Source: a virus
IMG/VR virus record: IMGVR_UViG_3300046007_003718
Span: 46,396 to 110,395 of that record
Strand: one strand, 5' to 3'
Length of the DNA stretch: 64,000 bases
The translations under genes were made by a program, and so were the position numbers. Below, in pieces: positions 27,733 through 37,803 of this stretch. The notes beneath the pieces are model-generated. The model did not search any database. It was not told where the DNA came from and saw nothing but the letters and a program-made list of their open reading frames with translations. The stretch's first letter is position 1. Each line of letters starts with the position of its first letter.

Positions 27733-29664
27733 TTATAGGGTCGGACGGCGTGTTTTATTATAAGTGTTTTGCCTTGGAACCCTTTTTGCACTGCGAACTC
27801 GCATCGGTTCTGCTTTTCTTTCGTAAAAATGAGACATAGATTCGGGCACATTGCTTGCGGGACGAGAGTTATATCCACCGGGCGCACCCATAACAAGACC
27901 CTCAGAATATGGCTCCATTTGTACAAAATCGCCAACTAATGAATCAACAACTTCCATTATACAGTCTGCGATATCCTTTGTGGTTACAGGTCCAACTTCC
28001 TGTTTTACCACACGATTTCCCTTCTGCTGAAGAAACTTTAGTTCATTTTTAGCGAGTTCAAGGAGGGGGAAATCAGCAGGAGCGTGTACCAAACCGAGGT
28101 TTATTGCTGTTTTAAACCTATCTGCTCTTGCAAAGTTTAACTTTTCTGTAGCAGTAACTTCTCTAATCATTGTTTCGCCAGCACCTTTTTTGCGGCTTTC
28201 TTTCCTAAGCCACTGAATTAGCCCCTTTGATTGGAATTGATCGAAAGTAAATTCTTTTGGTCTAAAAAGCAAGATCTTTTCAAGGATTTCGTCTTGAACA
28301 TCAAGGTAGTTAATTGTGTGATCTGGGAAGTCTGCTGGGATCCATGCGTGAATAAGGTCAAAGAATACATGAGGTATTTCTCTTCCTTGCTCATCTTCGT
28401 GATATTCAACATGCCCAACTGCCAGACCAAAGTTGGCGGTAGTTGTTGAGGGGTCGCAATGCCCCTTAAATACAACACCGGGACCATAGCCAGCGCGGTC
28501 CTTAGTCGTTCTTAATATACGATTCTTCCAAGGCTTAAACATATCATCAACCTTGTTTGGATCTAAAAACCCGTCTATGACTTCTGCAAACTTAGAACGA
28601 CGCTCAACTGAAAATTTCTCAGGATTACGTTCTTCTTCCAAAGCCATTGCTTCATCTACTCTTGGAGAAAGCACAATTGCATTCTTAAAACGTCGTTCTG
28701 GATCTTTATCCCAATCCTTGTAAAGTTCCCATGAAGGAAACTGAAAACCCATCATACGGTAGTCAAGAATTTCACTTGAAAGTTGCTCTTGATCTGGTAT
28801 AATATCCATTGCGACGAGATAGTTACTATAGAACTTTCCTACCTTAGTATATGGAGAAGAGTTCTCAAAGATAAGAGCATCTTCTTTAAACTGGTCAAGT
28901 GCAGGACGAGCCGCCTCTAGAATTTCATCGGCTCCCGATTTACTATTAACACCTTCCATCATGTGAGCCATCTCATCCATGATAAGAACCATCGTTGCTT
29001 CTCCACGGATGGTAGAAGCGTTTGCTGCTGAAGGCTTGATTCTAATAGATGCCAAGTCTCTTTCTGCTTTAAATGCACTACCTGCTTTTAGTTGAGCAGC
29101 CTTCTCAATATCAGCGGGAGTCATAAGACTGATTTCTTTTTCAAGAAACTTTGACCAGTATGGTCTAAGTGCTTCGCATGAAGTAACAGCGCCGTTAATA
29201 TCGGCAAACTGATAACGCTTTGCCTGATCTTCGGATGCTGCGATTGCAGTTACCCAAATCGCCTTATCGCGGTCAATCCCATATTTGTCTTGTGGATTTT
29301 CCATATTGATGAGATCATAAATCTTTTTAGCAACCGCAAGGCCAGTGATGTGGCCTTTTGAAGAACGACGACCTCCGATAAGCATCACCTCTCTAAAGTG
29401 ATCATAGTTCTTATCTCTAAGCGTCTGAATGCGTTCACGAATTCTGGGAGAGATCATTACTTCTCCAGATTTGTTGTGAATCCATTCATCTAGAACATCT
29501 TCTTCATAGCCGGTGAGTTCTTCAAGAAAGATTAGTTTAAGAAGAAGACGCTGCCTAGGATAGAGAGGCTTATTACAATAATCACTAGACTCCGCAAATT
29601 CAACAATTGAAATATTTTTATCTCTAAGATTATTTGTAAAAAAATCTAAAAGATCAGTTCCCAT
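27733..29664 (-). CDS. terL: terminase large subunit
   Basis: LYPRQ, Walker A GGRRSSKG, Walker B LIMDEMAH, nuclease DPS / FDQFQS / KDIAD. Confidence 0.9.
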   Translation of the reverse strand: MGTDLLDFFTNNLRDKNISIVEFAESSDYCNKPLYPRQRLLLKLIFLEELTGYEEDVLDEWIHNKSGEVMISPRIRERIQTLRDKNYDHFREVMLIGGRRSSKGHITGLAVAKKIYDLINMENPQDKYGIDRDKAIWVTAIAASEDQAKRYQFADINGAVTSCEALRPYWSKFLEKEISLMTPADIEKAAQLKAGSAFKAERDLASIRIKPSAANASTIRGEATMVLIMDEMAHMMEGVNSKSGADEILEAARPALDQFKEDALIFENSSPYTKVGKFYSNYLVAMDIIPDQEQLSSEILDYRMMGFQFPSWELYKDWDKDPERRFKNAIVLSPRVDEAMALEEERNPEKFSVERRSKFAEVIDGFLDPNKVDDMFKPWKNRILRTTKDRAGYGPGVVFKGHCDPSTTTANFGLAVGHVEYHEDEQGREIPHVFFDLIHAWIPADFPDHTINYLDVQDEILEKILLFRPKEFTFDQFQSKGLIQWLRKESRKKGAGETMIREVTATEKLNFARADRFKTAINLGLVHAPADFPLLELAKNELKFLQQKGNRVVKQEVGPVTTKDIADCIMEVVDSLVGDFVQMEPYSEGLVMGAPGGYNSRPASNVPESMSHFYERKAEPMRVRSAKRVPRQNTYNKTRRPTL

Positions 29665-30038
29665 TATTCAATTTCCTCAATATCCTGATTCAATTCTCTA
29701 GCCTTCTTAACTTCGTACTGTTTCTTCTCATGATCAAATCCAGAGATAGGATCTACCCGATCAATGATAGTAACGACAAGTTCAAGAATATCTGTATCTT
29801 CGTTGAGTTGCCAATCGGCATCTGCTTCGAATCCGTTATCATATAAACGGCCTTCTAGTTCTGCAATCATGTTCCACATTGTATCAAAGTTGTTATTAGC
29901 ATCTTTATATTTATATTCAATGCGTCCAACAACATCTCTAATTTTAACGATATCCTCATCGTACAGATTAATCATGCTGTCCATCAATTTCCTCCTCTGA
30001 AATAATAATTTGGTCAACGGGAACTTCCACATCGCCAA
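29664..30038 (-). CDS. hypothetical protein
   Basis: ORF track; start probably MDSMIN. Confidence 0.55.
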   Translation of the reverse strand: MAMWKFPLTKLLFQRRKLMDSMINLYDEDIVKIRDVVGRIEYKYKDANNNFDTMWNMIAELEGRLYDNGFEADADWQLNEDTDILELVVTIIDRVDPISGFDHEKKQYEVKKARELNQDIEEIE

Positions 30039-30681
30039 CCGTTGCTTTCTCTACCCCAGATTCTAGACTTAGAATATCTCCCTTAGCAATTTCTTTTGCT
30101 CTGGCAGCAACAGCAGCATGGAGGTCTGGAGGAACAATTTCTCTAATTGCCTGCACCATAGATTTAACCTGAATCATCATCTTTTCTTCAAGAACTGAGT
30201 AACCATCATTCATCAACTCTTCTCTCAGTTCGATAGCCTTAAGAATGTCCTTCGGATCAAGATTCAAATCTTCATAGATTAATTGGTCCCATCCCTTTTG
30301 AATGAATACATCTAGGTATGCCTTACCAGAAATGATTCTAATTTCATTTTCAGCATTTGCCTTCTCGTACTCTTCTGCGTGCTTGTCAATAATTGCACGA
30401 TACGCAGACTTCTCTAGATTAAGGTGCGACTCTTTATGACGCTGAACAGAACGATAACTAATGTCTTCACCTGCGTTCTGCAAAGACTCTGCAATCTTTC
30501 TAACGCTAAAGCCACGGATAAGCATCATATCTACATTAGGACGCCATTTAGATTGGCATACTTTGCAACGGCTTGATGACACGACTTCAAAAAGTTCGTT
30601 TTCTCCAGCGGCTGGAAGTCTACTTGACTTCTCTTTTTTCTTGCCGTCATCTTTTTCTGGCTGTTCTGGTAGTTTAGGCAT
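29968..30681 (-). CDS. probable terminase small subunit (HTH)
   Basis: CKVC plus HTH (SVRKIAESL...SYRSVQRH), upstream of terL. Confidence 0.55.
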   Translation of the reverse strand: MPKLPEQPEKDDGKKKEKSSRLPAAGENELFEVVSSSRCKVCQSKWRPNVDMMLIRGFSVRKIAESLQNAGEDISYRSVQRHKESHLNLEKSAYRAIIDKHAEEYEKANAENEIRIISGKAYLDVFIQKGWDQLIYEDLNLDPKDILKAIELREELMNDGYSVLEEKMMIQVKSMVQAIREIVPPDLHAAVAARAKEIAKGDILSLESGVEKATVGDVEVPVDQIIISEEEIDGQHD

Positions 30682-31040
30682 TAGCGGTAAAAACTTGCTC
30701 CGTTGACTTTACGCTGGTACTCACTGTTAACTTTACGCCCATCTGGGTGAGTTCTATTGTAATATCCTTGCTGAATAGAAGGATCTGGAATACCCACCTT
30801 TGTATAAATCTCTCTCTTATAACGAGTTCTCATATGCTCTTTAAATAAAATAGGATTTTTATGGTGTATTCTATTACCGGCTCGCACATCTGCTTTTAAT
30901 ATCATATCGGTAATATAGTCAAGTTGAGCAGGAGTTAAGTTTGGGTCGTTAATATCAAACTCATAATACTCCTCTTCAAATGTTAATTCTTCAAATTTGT
31001 TATTAATCTCTTTGCTCATCTTCATCTCCAAAATAAACAT
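30681..31040 (-). CDS. hypothetical protein
   Basis: ORF track. Confidence 0.55.
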   Translation of the reverse strand: MFILEMKMSKEINNKFEELTFEEEYYEFDINDPNLTPAQLDYITDMILKADVRAGNRIHHKNPILFKEHMRTRYKREIYTKVGIPDPSIQQGYYNRTHPDGRKVNSEYQRKVNGASFYR

Positions 31041-31350
31041 CTGCCAACTGACGAGATGCGCTTTCTACATATTGCCCGACAGACACTGTTGTTATGCCCA
31101 TGATCTCAGCAACATCTTTTTGCTTTTTATCTAAAATAACGTTGAGATAAAAAGCCTCTTTCTTTCGTGGGCTTAATTCTTCTAACCCAACGCCCAGATC
31201 ATGAAAAGATATCGTAAGCCCACGATGGCTTATTGCGTGCTTACCTGTAGCCCTGACGTATTCTTGAAATTGAAGATAATTTCTATATAACTCACGCATG
31301 ACTTTGTGCTTTTGAAGAGTTTCTGCATCTTTCTTTTTTGTCTTTGGCAT
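31003..31350 (-). CDS. sigma-70 region-4-like HTH protein
   Basis: LSPRKKEAF...QKDVAEIMGITTVSV. Confidence 0.75.
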   Translation of the reverse strand: MPKTKKKDAETLQKHKVMRELYRNYLQFQEYVRATGKHAISHRGLTISFHDLGVGLEELSPRKKEAFYLNVILDKKQKDVAEIMGITTVSVGQYVESASRQLADVYFGDEDEQRD

Positions 31351-31883
31351 TACTCTTCTTCCTTTACATGATGAAGGTCTGGAAAGTAACTCATTCCAAT
31401 CGCAATAGCATCAGTTTCGTCAAAAGGTATATCACTTAACTTTCGTTCTTGTTGGATTTCAGGGTATTCCGCAATTACCGCTCTGCGAATAACAGCCTTA
31501 CTTGCAGAAGAATCTCCAACAATCATCGTCTTGACAGACCTTGCTGATATATCTTTCCATTCTATTTCATCTTCATAAGCCATAATCTTACACACGGCGA
31601 TTACTGAAATAACAAGAGGCAATTGAGGGGATATGCCAAAATTTCCTTTATTGGAAATGGGAGGAATAATCTCAGCGATTATATGAGTAACTTTATTTTC
31701 TTCAATTAATTCATCAAACCAGTGATACATATCATAAAGACCAGTGTTCAAATAGGCTTGATATTTTTCGTCTTTGCCACGTTCTCTTGGAGATCTAACT
31801 CCGTGAGTGATTAACTCAGCGTTTTCATCAAAAATTGCGTACCCGAATCTTTTAAAGCCGGGGTCAATTGCTAGTAACCTCAT
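31350..31883 (-). CDS. ruvC: RuvC-like Holliday junction resolvase
   Basis: LAIDPG, IIAE, VK...G...ASK, DETDAIAI. Confidence 0.88.
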   Translation of the reverse strand: MRLLAIDPGFKRFGYAIFDENAELITHGVRSPRERGKDEKYQAYLNTGLYDMYHWFDELIEENKVTHIIAEIIPPISNKGNFGISPQLPLVISVIAVCKIMAYEDEIEWKDISARSVKTMIVGDSSASKAVIRRAVIAEYPEIQQERKLSDIPFDETDAIAIGMSYFPDLHHVKEEE

Positions 31884-32584
31884 TTAGCCTCCGGTGGTGT
31901 TTCATTCTGGACGCATTCCCAAACATATGACCATTTCTTATAAATATCTTGTATAAGATTTTCATCATATTCAATAGCAATTTCTCTTAGATCGTGTGCA
32001 GGCAATCCACCCTTACCGGGGGAGCCTCCTTTTCTAATGCAGAGAATAAATGCCTTTCTAATACCAGTCCAATCCATATAGCAATTGACTTGGGCGGTCC
32101 ATTTAGCAAGAGTTTGAGGAAAGGGTCCAGTATCAAACTCATTGTCATTCATGGTCTTTAGATCTACAATGTATTCGCCACCCTTTGGCATATCAACAAT
32201 AAGATCCAGCGTTCCCTTACCTGTCCATCCATCTGGATGATCATACCCATAAGATCTTTCGACATTCTCTGGTTTTGCGTATCCCATTGCAACCAGAATG
32301 TTTTGGTAATAAGCGTGCCAAAAGTGACCACAATCAAAAACGCGCCTTAACCCGGCAGAAACTCTTTTCTCTTCTTGTCCGGTTAGACGCTTATACAACT
32401 CATGTGGAGATGCCAAACAATCTCCTGATGGGTGAAAACATTGATCTGGAACTCGTCTAAAGTTTTCTATTTCTACGGTCCACTTGTCTGGAAACTCTCC
32501 CCGATTTTGATATTGATCAATATAAGGGACAAGCATATTTCCAGTTGATAATTTTTTTAGTAGTGTTTTATTTAGCATCTTCAA
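31880..32584 (-). CDS. PD-(D/E)xK (Cas4/RecB-like) exonuclease
   Basis: HPS, GHFWH, GTLD, VDLKT, QVNCY. Confidence 0.75.
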   Translation of the reverse strand: MKMLNKTLLKKLSTGNMLVPYIDQYQNRGEFPDKWTVEIENFRRVPDQCFHPSGDCLASPHELYKRLTGQEEKRVSAGLRRVFDCGHFWHAYYQNILVAMGYAKPENVERSYGYDHPDGWTGKGTLDLIVDMPKGGEYIVDLKTMNDNEFDTGPFPQTLAKWTAQVNCYMDWTGIRKAFILCIRKGGSPGKGGLPAHDLREIAIEYDENLIQDIYKKWSYVWECVQNETPPEAK

Positions 32585-32918
32585 TAATTTCTATATCGTC
32601 ATGAATTGATCTAACTACAAGATCAATAGCCTCTCCAGTCTCTAACTGGAAACGAATAAACATTGTCGGTCTACGGTTCTGTTCTTGAGCCTCTTCAATA
32701 ATCTTATTCCACGTTTCTAACTTAACAGAATAAGACTTTTTTTCAGTAGCCTTGCACTCGGCTGTGAAATCAAAGTTTTCACCAATCTCAAACCTAACGT
32801 CGCCACGATCAGCCCAAGATGCCCCGGACGATGCAGACCTTCTACCATTATACATTTTAGCAATGTATGTTTCATGGCGTCTTGCTAACTCAGTTGTTGT
32901 TTTTGCTCTACTTTGCAT
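32568..32918 (-). CDS. Hjc-like PD-(D/E)xK resolvase
   Basis: E...SGA...GDV...ECK. Confidence 0.7.
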   Translation of the reverse strand: MQSRAKTTTELARRHETYIAKMYNGRRSASSGASWADRGDVRFEIGENFDFTAECKATEKKSYSVKLETWNKIIEEAQEQNRRPTMFIRFQLETGEAIDLVVRSIHDDIEIIEDAK

Positions 32919-33089
32919 TTAAACCTCTTATAAGAAATATATCATAAAATAGAGCCGCCGTCGTCTTCCCAACGAGACATTTCTCTATCATATTCTTCAA
33001 ACCAATACTTAAACGTTTTTAAGTATTCTTCATTTGGCATATCTCTATATTTCCATGCCAATTGTATCATATTTATAATTCTAGGATCT

Positions 33090-34106
33090 TTAGACAGAGA
33101 GTTCGATTGAAACATCTTTAAACATCTCTTTTCTAAGTTTTTCAATGTTTTCAGGATCTGACTTAAGAAAATCTACTAAAGCATTTCTTCCTTGATAACT
33201 TTCTTCCCAAAGATCGTACCAAGATCCCCTTTGCTTTACTAATCCCATACGCAGAGCAACACCAACAGTAGATTCAACAATATCTACTCCAATATCATTA
33301 TTCTCTGTCTTAGTATGATAAAGATCCCATTCAGCATTTCTCTTAGGTGGGCTTACCTTTGACTTGTTAATAGTTGCTACGGGGCGAAAACCAATCTCAA
33401 CTGGCTCACTTTCCCCCGGAATGGTAGCCTTCTTAACTCCAGCAGAGCCACCCTTCTTGACTTGAATAATTACAGCGCAAGCATGATGGAGAGCGTGACC
33501 ACCGGGAGCGTGTACAATCGGAAGCCCCTGACGATTAGCAGTATCTCGCACTTGATTGAGGAGAAGGAAAGCCTGCTTAGTCTTGGCAATACGAGGAAGT
33601 AATTGCTTTACCATCTGCGTAATAATTCCAGATTGACCATATGCCTGCTTCTTACCGTCTTCATCCAGTTCTCTTTCTGACGCCATAGCACCAATTGAAT
33701 CTACTACTACAATGCCAAGAGCCTCCTCTTGAGCAAAGTGTACGGCGTGCTTTGCAGTATCTTCAGCAGACTCTGGAGTAGTAACGATTAAACGATCAAT
33801 ATCTACTCCAAATTGTTTTGCAAATTCTGAATCAAAAGAACCTTCAAGATCAACATATGCAGCATACTGACCATTCTTCTGAGCCTCAGCAACTGCCATG
33901 TAGGCCATTACAGACTTACCCACACTCTCTGGACCAAAGACCATAGTGATTCCACCTTTTGGATACCCACCGATCCCAAGTGCATAATCAAGGGAGGGGA
34001 TTCCTGAAGATGATGCTTCGACCTTCACTGTATTACTCGCAATTCTAACATTGTCTGAACCAAACTCTTTAGATGCCTTCTTTAGAATATCTTCAACTTC
34101 ACTCAA
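33090..34106 (-). CDS. recA: RecA recombinase
   Basis: GPESVGKS, VDLEGSFD, VVDSIGAM, LNQVR, PGGHAL. Confidence 0.95.
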   Translation of the reverse strand: MSEVEDILKKASKEFGSDNVRIASNTVKVEASSSGIPSLDYALGIGGYPKGGITMVFGPESVGKSVMAYMAVAEAQKNGQYAAYVDLEGSFDSEFAKQFGVDIDRLIVTTPESAEDTAKHAVHFAQEEALGIVVVDSIGAMASERELDEDGKKQAYGQSGIITQMVKQLLPRIAKTKQAFLLLNQVRDTANRQGLPIVHAPGGHALHHACAVIIQVKKGGSAGVKKATIPGESEPVEIGFRPVATINKSKVSPPKRNAEWDLYHTKTENNDIGVDIVESTVGVALRMGLVKQRGSWYDLWEESYQGRNALVDFLKSDPENIEKLRKEMFKDVSIELSV

Positions 34107-37100
34107 CTGAGTTCCTCCAAACTCACCAAATTAACTCCTCTATTTGTAACCTTGAGTACGGCCAATACAGGAATACACTCTTCTAGTATATCAGAGAATG
34201 CAAACAGTTGTTGTTCAAACGCTGCAAACTCTACTGTCTGGTCTCCATATTCCATTGTAATCCAAGCCATATCTTGGCCCTTCTTTGTTTTAGTCTTCCT
34301 GACTGATTTAATTTCACCAGCAACAATATGTTTTCCATTTACAGAGCGTAGATCTGAGTAGTCTGAACATTCTTCTTCAATTGCTTCTTTATATTTATCT
34401 AGAATCTTGGGAGCATCATTAGTTAGGATAATACCCAACAATTCCTTTTCAAATTCACGGCGCTCTCTCTTGGAAATTATCCGATCTTCAGAAGCATCAA
34501 AAGCGCCCGCATTAAATAGAGCCTTCGCCTTATTAGCACCAAGACGTTGCTTAGGAGATGGGCCGTCAGTTTCGCCAGCCTTCTTATCAATCAGGAATTG
34601 CTTATTCTGCGCTTCTAGCACTTCAATCATGTGATCAAAGTTATCAAAAGGACGATTCTCAATAACCCACTCGGCTCCCTTCGAAACACCCTTAACGTCT
34701 TTTAGACCTAGATAGATTTCACCGTCAATAATATCTGTTTCATACATAGACTTATTGATATCTGGAGCATTGACCTTAGTTCCCATTCGTTGGGCTTCTG
34801 CAATGAAACGTGGAACATCTTCTCTCTTATCTTCCTTGCGGATACAAGCGAGAAGGTATTCTGCGGGATAGAGATACTTTGTCCAGAGAGTCCATAAGGT
34901 AACGATCCCGTAGGCAACTGAGTGTGCCTTATTAAACGCATACTTAGAGAAACCAAGAAGTTCTTGCCACAACTCATTGGCGCTCTTTTCGTCCATATGA
35001 TCTGTTGCCTTCTCCATGTAACGAGGATAGAACTCTTCCATCTCCTTAACTTTCTTCTTACCCATGATGCGTCGAACATCATCTGCCTCTTCTAGAGTAA
35101 AACCCATCTTAGTAAAGAGACTGATGACCTGTTCTTGATACACAAAGACACCATAGGTGTCCTCCACAATGTCTGCAATAAAGGGATGAAGAACTTCGAA
35201 CTCTCCACCACTCTCACGACGATCTAGATACATATCTACATAACCAGCGCGTAGGGGGCCGGGTCGGTTAAGAGCAACGAGAACAGCAAGATCTTCTACA
35301 CTACGGCACCTCATTCTGGAAGCAATTTTCTTTGCAATACCACCATCCTCAACCTGAAAGACACCAACAGTGAGTCCACGGTCAAGAAGTTCCCAAAAAG
35401 GCTTGTCTGTTAAATCAAGTTCGTGGTGCATCTTCTTAAAATCTAGATCAAAGTCATAATCTCTCTTAATAAGACCTTGAGCCTCTTTTAGAATAGAAAG
35501 GTTCTTAAGAGCAAGGAAATCCAACTTCATGAATCCAAGGGATTCAATTTCATGCATATCGAACTGAGTTGCAATTTCCCCCTCCTTTTTGCCCGCGCTT
35601 TTATCAATTCTTAGAGGGCAAATAGCAGCAAGAGGCTCATCACCCACGACAAATCCACTAGCATGAACACTACTAGCAAAGATGCGTCCGTGAAGGTCTC
35701 CAGCAAGAGAGAATAGGTCTGGGTATTTAGCAATCCAACCCTGAAGTTCACCGACTTCCATAACATCATCCCAATCAGCCATTAGGCCAGCATCCGTCGT
35801 GCTATCAATAATGATCTTAATTTCTTCAATATCTCTCATGGGCACTTCTAGATACTTGCCTACTCTTTCAATGGCAGACTTACCATGCAACTTCATCACA
35901 GTACCGATATGGGTTACACAGTCCTCCCCGAAAGTATCGCGCATAAATTGCTTAATCTTGTCTCTGTCTTCAATAGCAAAGTCAGTATCAATATCGGGCA
36001 GACCACCCTTCTCACGACCCTTGTTATAGAATCGCTCAAAGATCAGTCCGTACTGAATCGGATCAATATCTGTAATCCCAAGCAAATAGGCTACGAGGCT
36101 TCCGCCTACAGAACCACGGCCCGGTCCTCGGACAACTCCACTTGTCTCCGCATAGTCGTTTACAAGATGTTCAATTAGGAAGAAGTCAACAAGATCCGCC
36201 TCAAAGATAGCGCTCATCTCTTTCTCAACGCGAGCCATATAGCGACCATCATCGTCAAGATCAGCAACCTTGTCAAAGTAACCCTTCTCAACGAGAGCGA
36301 CAAAACGATCAGTTCCTTCAGGCCCCCATGTGGGGATTCTCTTGCGCTTGGTAGGGAGTTCCACCTCACTCATATCCGCAATCATGTGGGTATTAGAAAT
36401 GGATTCCTCAACAATGCTTTTAGGCAGATAACTAAGTGCATCTCGGATACCCTGCTCATCTAGAATCCAGAGAGAGGGTGGATGATTGCGCTCAGATTCG
36501 GATACCTTCTTACGCATTGACATATTAACGAATGCTTCGTGATTACAATACTGATCAGCGCAAGCATAGTGGGCGTCGGTGGCGTACACAAAAGGGACAC
36601 CCTTCTTCTGACCTAACCTCACCAGTTCACCATTTACTTCACGTTGAGTATCGCTGTCATATGTGTGGAGTTCAATAAAAAATCTGTCTCCAAATATTTC
36701 TAGATATTGATCTAGTACGGCCTCTGGATTTTGCTCTTTCATAATCGCAGAAGACACCTTACCACCAAGGCAGGCAGATGTAAGGATCAACCCCTCGTTA
36801 TGCTCTTGAAGCAATTCCCAATCAACGCGAGGCTTATGATAAAAGCCTTCTAGATACGCCCTCGTAGAAATGGTCCACAAATTGTTAAGACCCTTATTAT
36901 TATAAGCAATAATAATAAGATGGCTACGATCATTTTCTGGACGATTGCCTTTAAGGTCAGACTTGTGATGTACCTTACGATCATCTCTTGCTTGGTAAGA
37001 TTCAATTCCAAGAATGGGCTTAATGCCCCGCTCGGTTGCCTTTCTATAAAACTCAACGTGGCCAGCCACAGTACCATGATCCGTTAGGGCAACGGCATCT

Positions 37101-37195
37101 GAACCGATATCTTTCACCCGATCTAAAATCTCATCAATCGTTGCATAACCGTCAAAAATAGAATAATGACTATGTTGATGAAGTGGTACAGCCAA
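34103..37195 (-). CDS. dnaE: DNA polymerase III alpha subunit
   Basis: PHP domain HQHSHYS/TDHG/TDAH; GPGRGSVGGS; PDIDTD; KLDFL; YAFNKAH; OB fold. Confidence 0.97.
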   Translation of the reverse strand: MAVPLHQHSHYSIFDGYATIDEILDRVKDIGSDAVALTDHGTVAGHVEFYRKATERGIKPILGIESYQARDDRKVHHKSDLKGNRPENDRSHLIIIAYNNKGLNNLWTISTRAYLEGFYHKPRVDWELLQEHNEGLILTSACLGGKVSSAIMKEQNPEAVLDQYLEIFGDRFFIELHTYDSDTQREVNGELVRLGQKKGVPFVYATDAHYACADQYCNHEAFVNMSMRKKVSESERNHPPSLWILDEQGIRDALSYLPKSIVEESISNTHMIADMSEVELPTKRKRIPTWGPEGTDRFVALVEKGYFDKVADLDDDGRYMARVEKEMSAIFEADLVDFFLIEHLVNDYAETSGVVRGPGRGSVGGSLVAYLLGITDIDPIQYGLIFERFYNKGREKGGLPDIDTDFAIEDRDKIKQFMRDTFGEDCVTHIGTVMKLHGKSAIERVGKYLEVPMRDIEEIKIIIDSTTDAGLMADWDDVMEVGELQGWIAKYPDLFSLAGDLHGRIFASSVHASGFVVGDEPLAAICPLRIDKSAGKKEGEIATQFDMHEIESLGFMKLDFLALKNLSILKEAQGLIKRDYDFDLDFKKMHHELDLTDKPFWELLDRGLTVGVFQVEDGGIAKKIASRMRCRSVEDLAVLVALNRPGPLRAGYVDMYLDRRESGGEFEVLHPFIADIVEDTYGVFVYQEQVISLFTKMGFTLEEADDVRRIMGKKKVKEMEEFYPRYMEKATDHMDEKSANELWQELLGFSKYAFNKAHSVAYGIVTLWTLWTKYLYPAEYLLACIRKEDKREDVPRFIAEAQRMGTKVNAPDINKSMYETDIIDGEIYLGLKDVKGVSKGAEWVIENRPFDNFDHMIEVLEAQNKQFLIDKKAGETDGPSPKQRLGANKAKALFNAGAFDASEDRIISKRERREFEKELLGIILTNDAPKILDKYKEAIEEECSDYSDLRSVNGKHIVAGEIKSVRKTKTKKGQDMAWITMEYGDQTVEFAAFEQQLFAFSDILEECIPVLAVLKVTNRGVNLVSLEELS

Positions 37196-37206
37196 CTTAA
37201 CCTCTC

Positions 37207-37803
37207 TTAAATTTGATAATGTATCTCGCCGTTGCCCTTTGTGATTCGGGCTTCCTTGGCAAGTTTATCACAGTAGTCATTAAACTTGTCGCCACTGTGA
37301 GCCTTAACTTTAATGCATTCTATTGGATTGAACTTTAATAAGTACGTCAATTCTCTCCAATAAGCAGAATTTGGAGTAGGGATTCCGTTCTTCTTAACCC
37401 AGCCATTCTTTTCCCAATCTTTCCACCAACCATGCCTTAGTGTATTAATCATATAGGCAGAATCGGAATAAAGATTGATTTGACATTTTTGAGAAGTTAA
37501 ATGCCAAATACCTTCTATGGCTGCCTTCAGTTCCATACTATTGTTGGTGGCGATAGGTTCGTACCCATAATCTTGGGTTAAAAACCCCTCTTCAGAATAA
37601 ATAACATAAGCCCACCCGCCTTCGTGGGTTATATGAGAAGAAGAACCATCTGTATATAAATGATAGAGGGGGAGGTCTTGCCTCCCCCTCTTTTTGCTTT
37701 TAGGACTGCCCTGCTGCCTGTCGCTTAATGCGCTGGAAAGCAGTTTCTGCATCCTCTTCTGCTTCTGAGTCTTCCGCCCTGCGACGGGGGACTTCTGTGC
37801 CAC
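37207..37803 (-). CDS. rnhA: ribonuclease HI (start uncertain)
   Basis: YTDGS, TNNSMEL, SDSAY, KAHSG...ND..DKLA. Confidence 0.9.
   Translation of the reverse strand: MAQKSPVAGRKTQKQKRMQKLLSSALSDRQQGSPKSKKRGRQDLPLYHLYTDGSSSHITHEGGWAYVIYSEEGFLTQDYGYEPIATNNSMELKAAIEGIWHLTSQKCQINLYSDSAYMINTLRHGWWKDWEKNGWVKKNGIPTPNSAYWRELTYLLKFNPIECIKVKAHSGDKFNDYCDKLAKEARITKGNGEIHYQI
37665..37700. terminator. 11-bp hairpin after the SSB stop; U-tract is on the + strand
   Basis: AGAGGGGGAGG-TCTTG-CCTCCCCCTCT-TTTT. Confidence 0.55.

Noticed and set aside
31880-32584. Cas4 as evidence of a CRISPR system
   Set aside because: No array or other cas genes, no four-Cys Fe-S pattern, and the context is recombination
27733-37195. 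Inteins or introns in terminase, RecA or DnaE
   Set aside because: Lengths are ordinary, motifs are contiguous, and no intein splice motifs were seen
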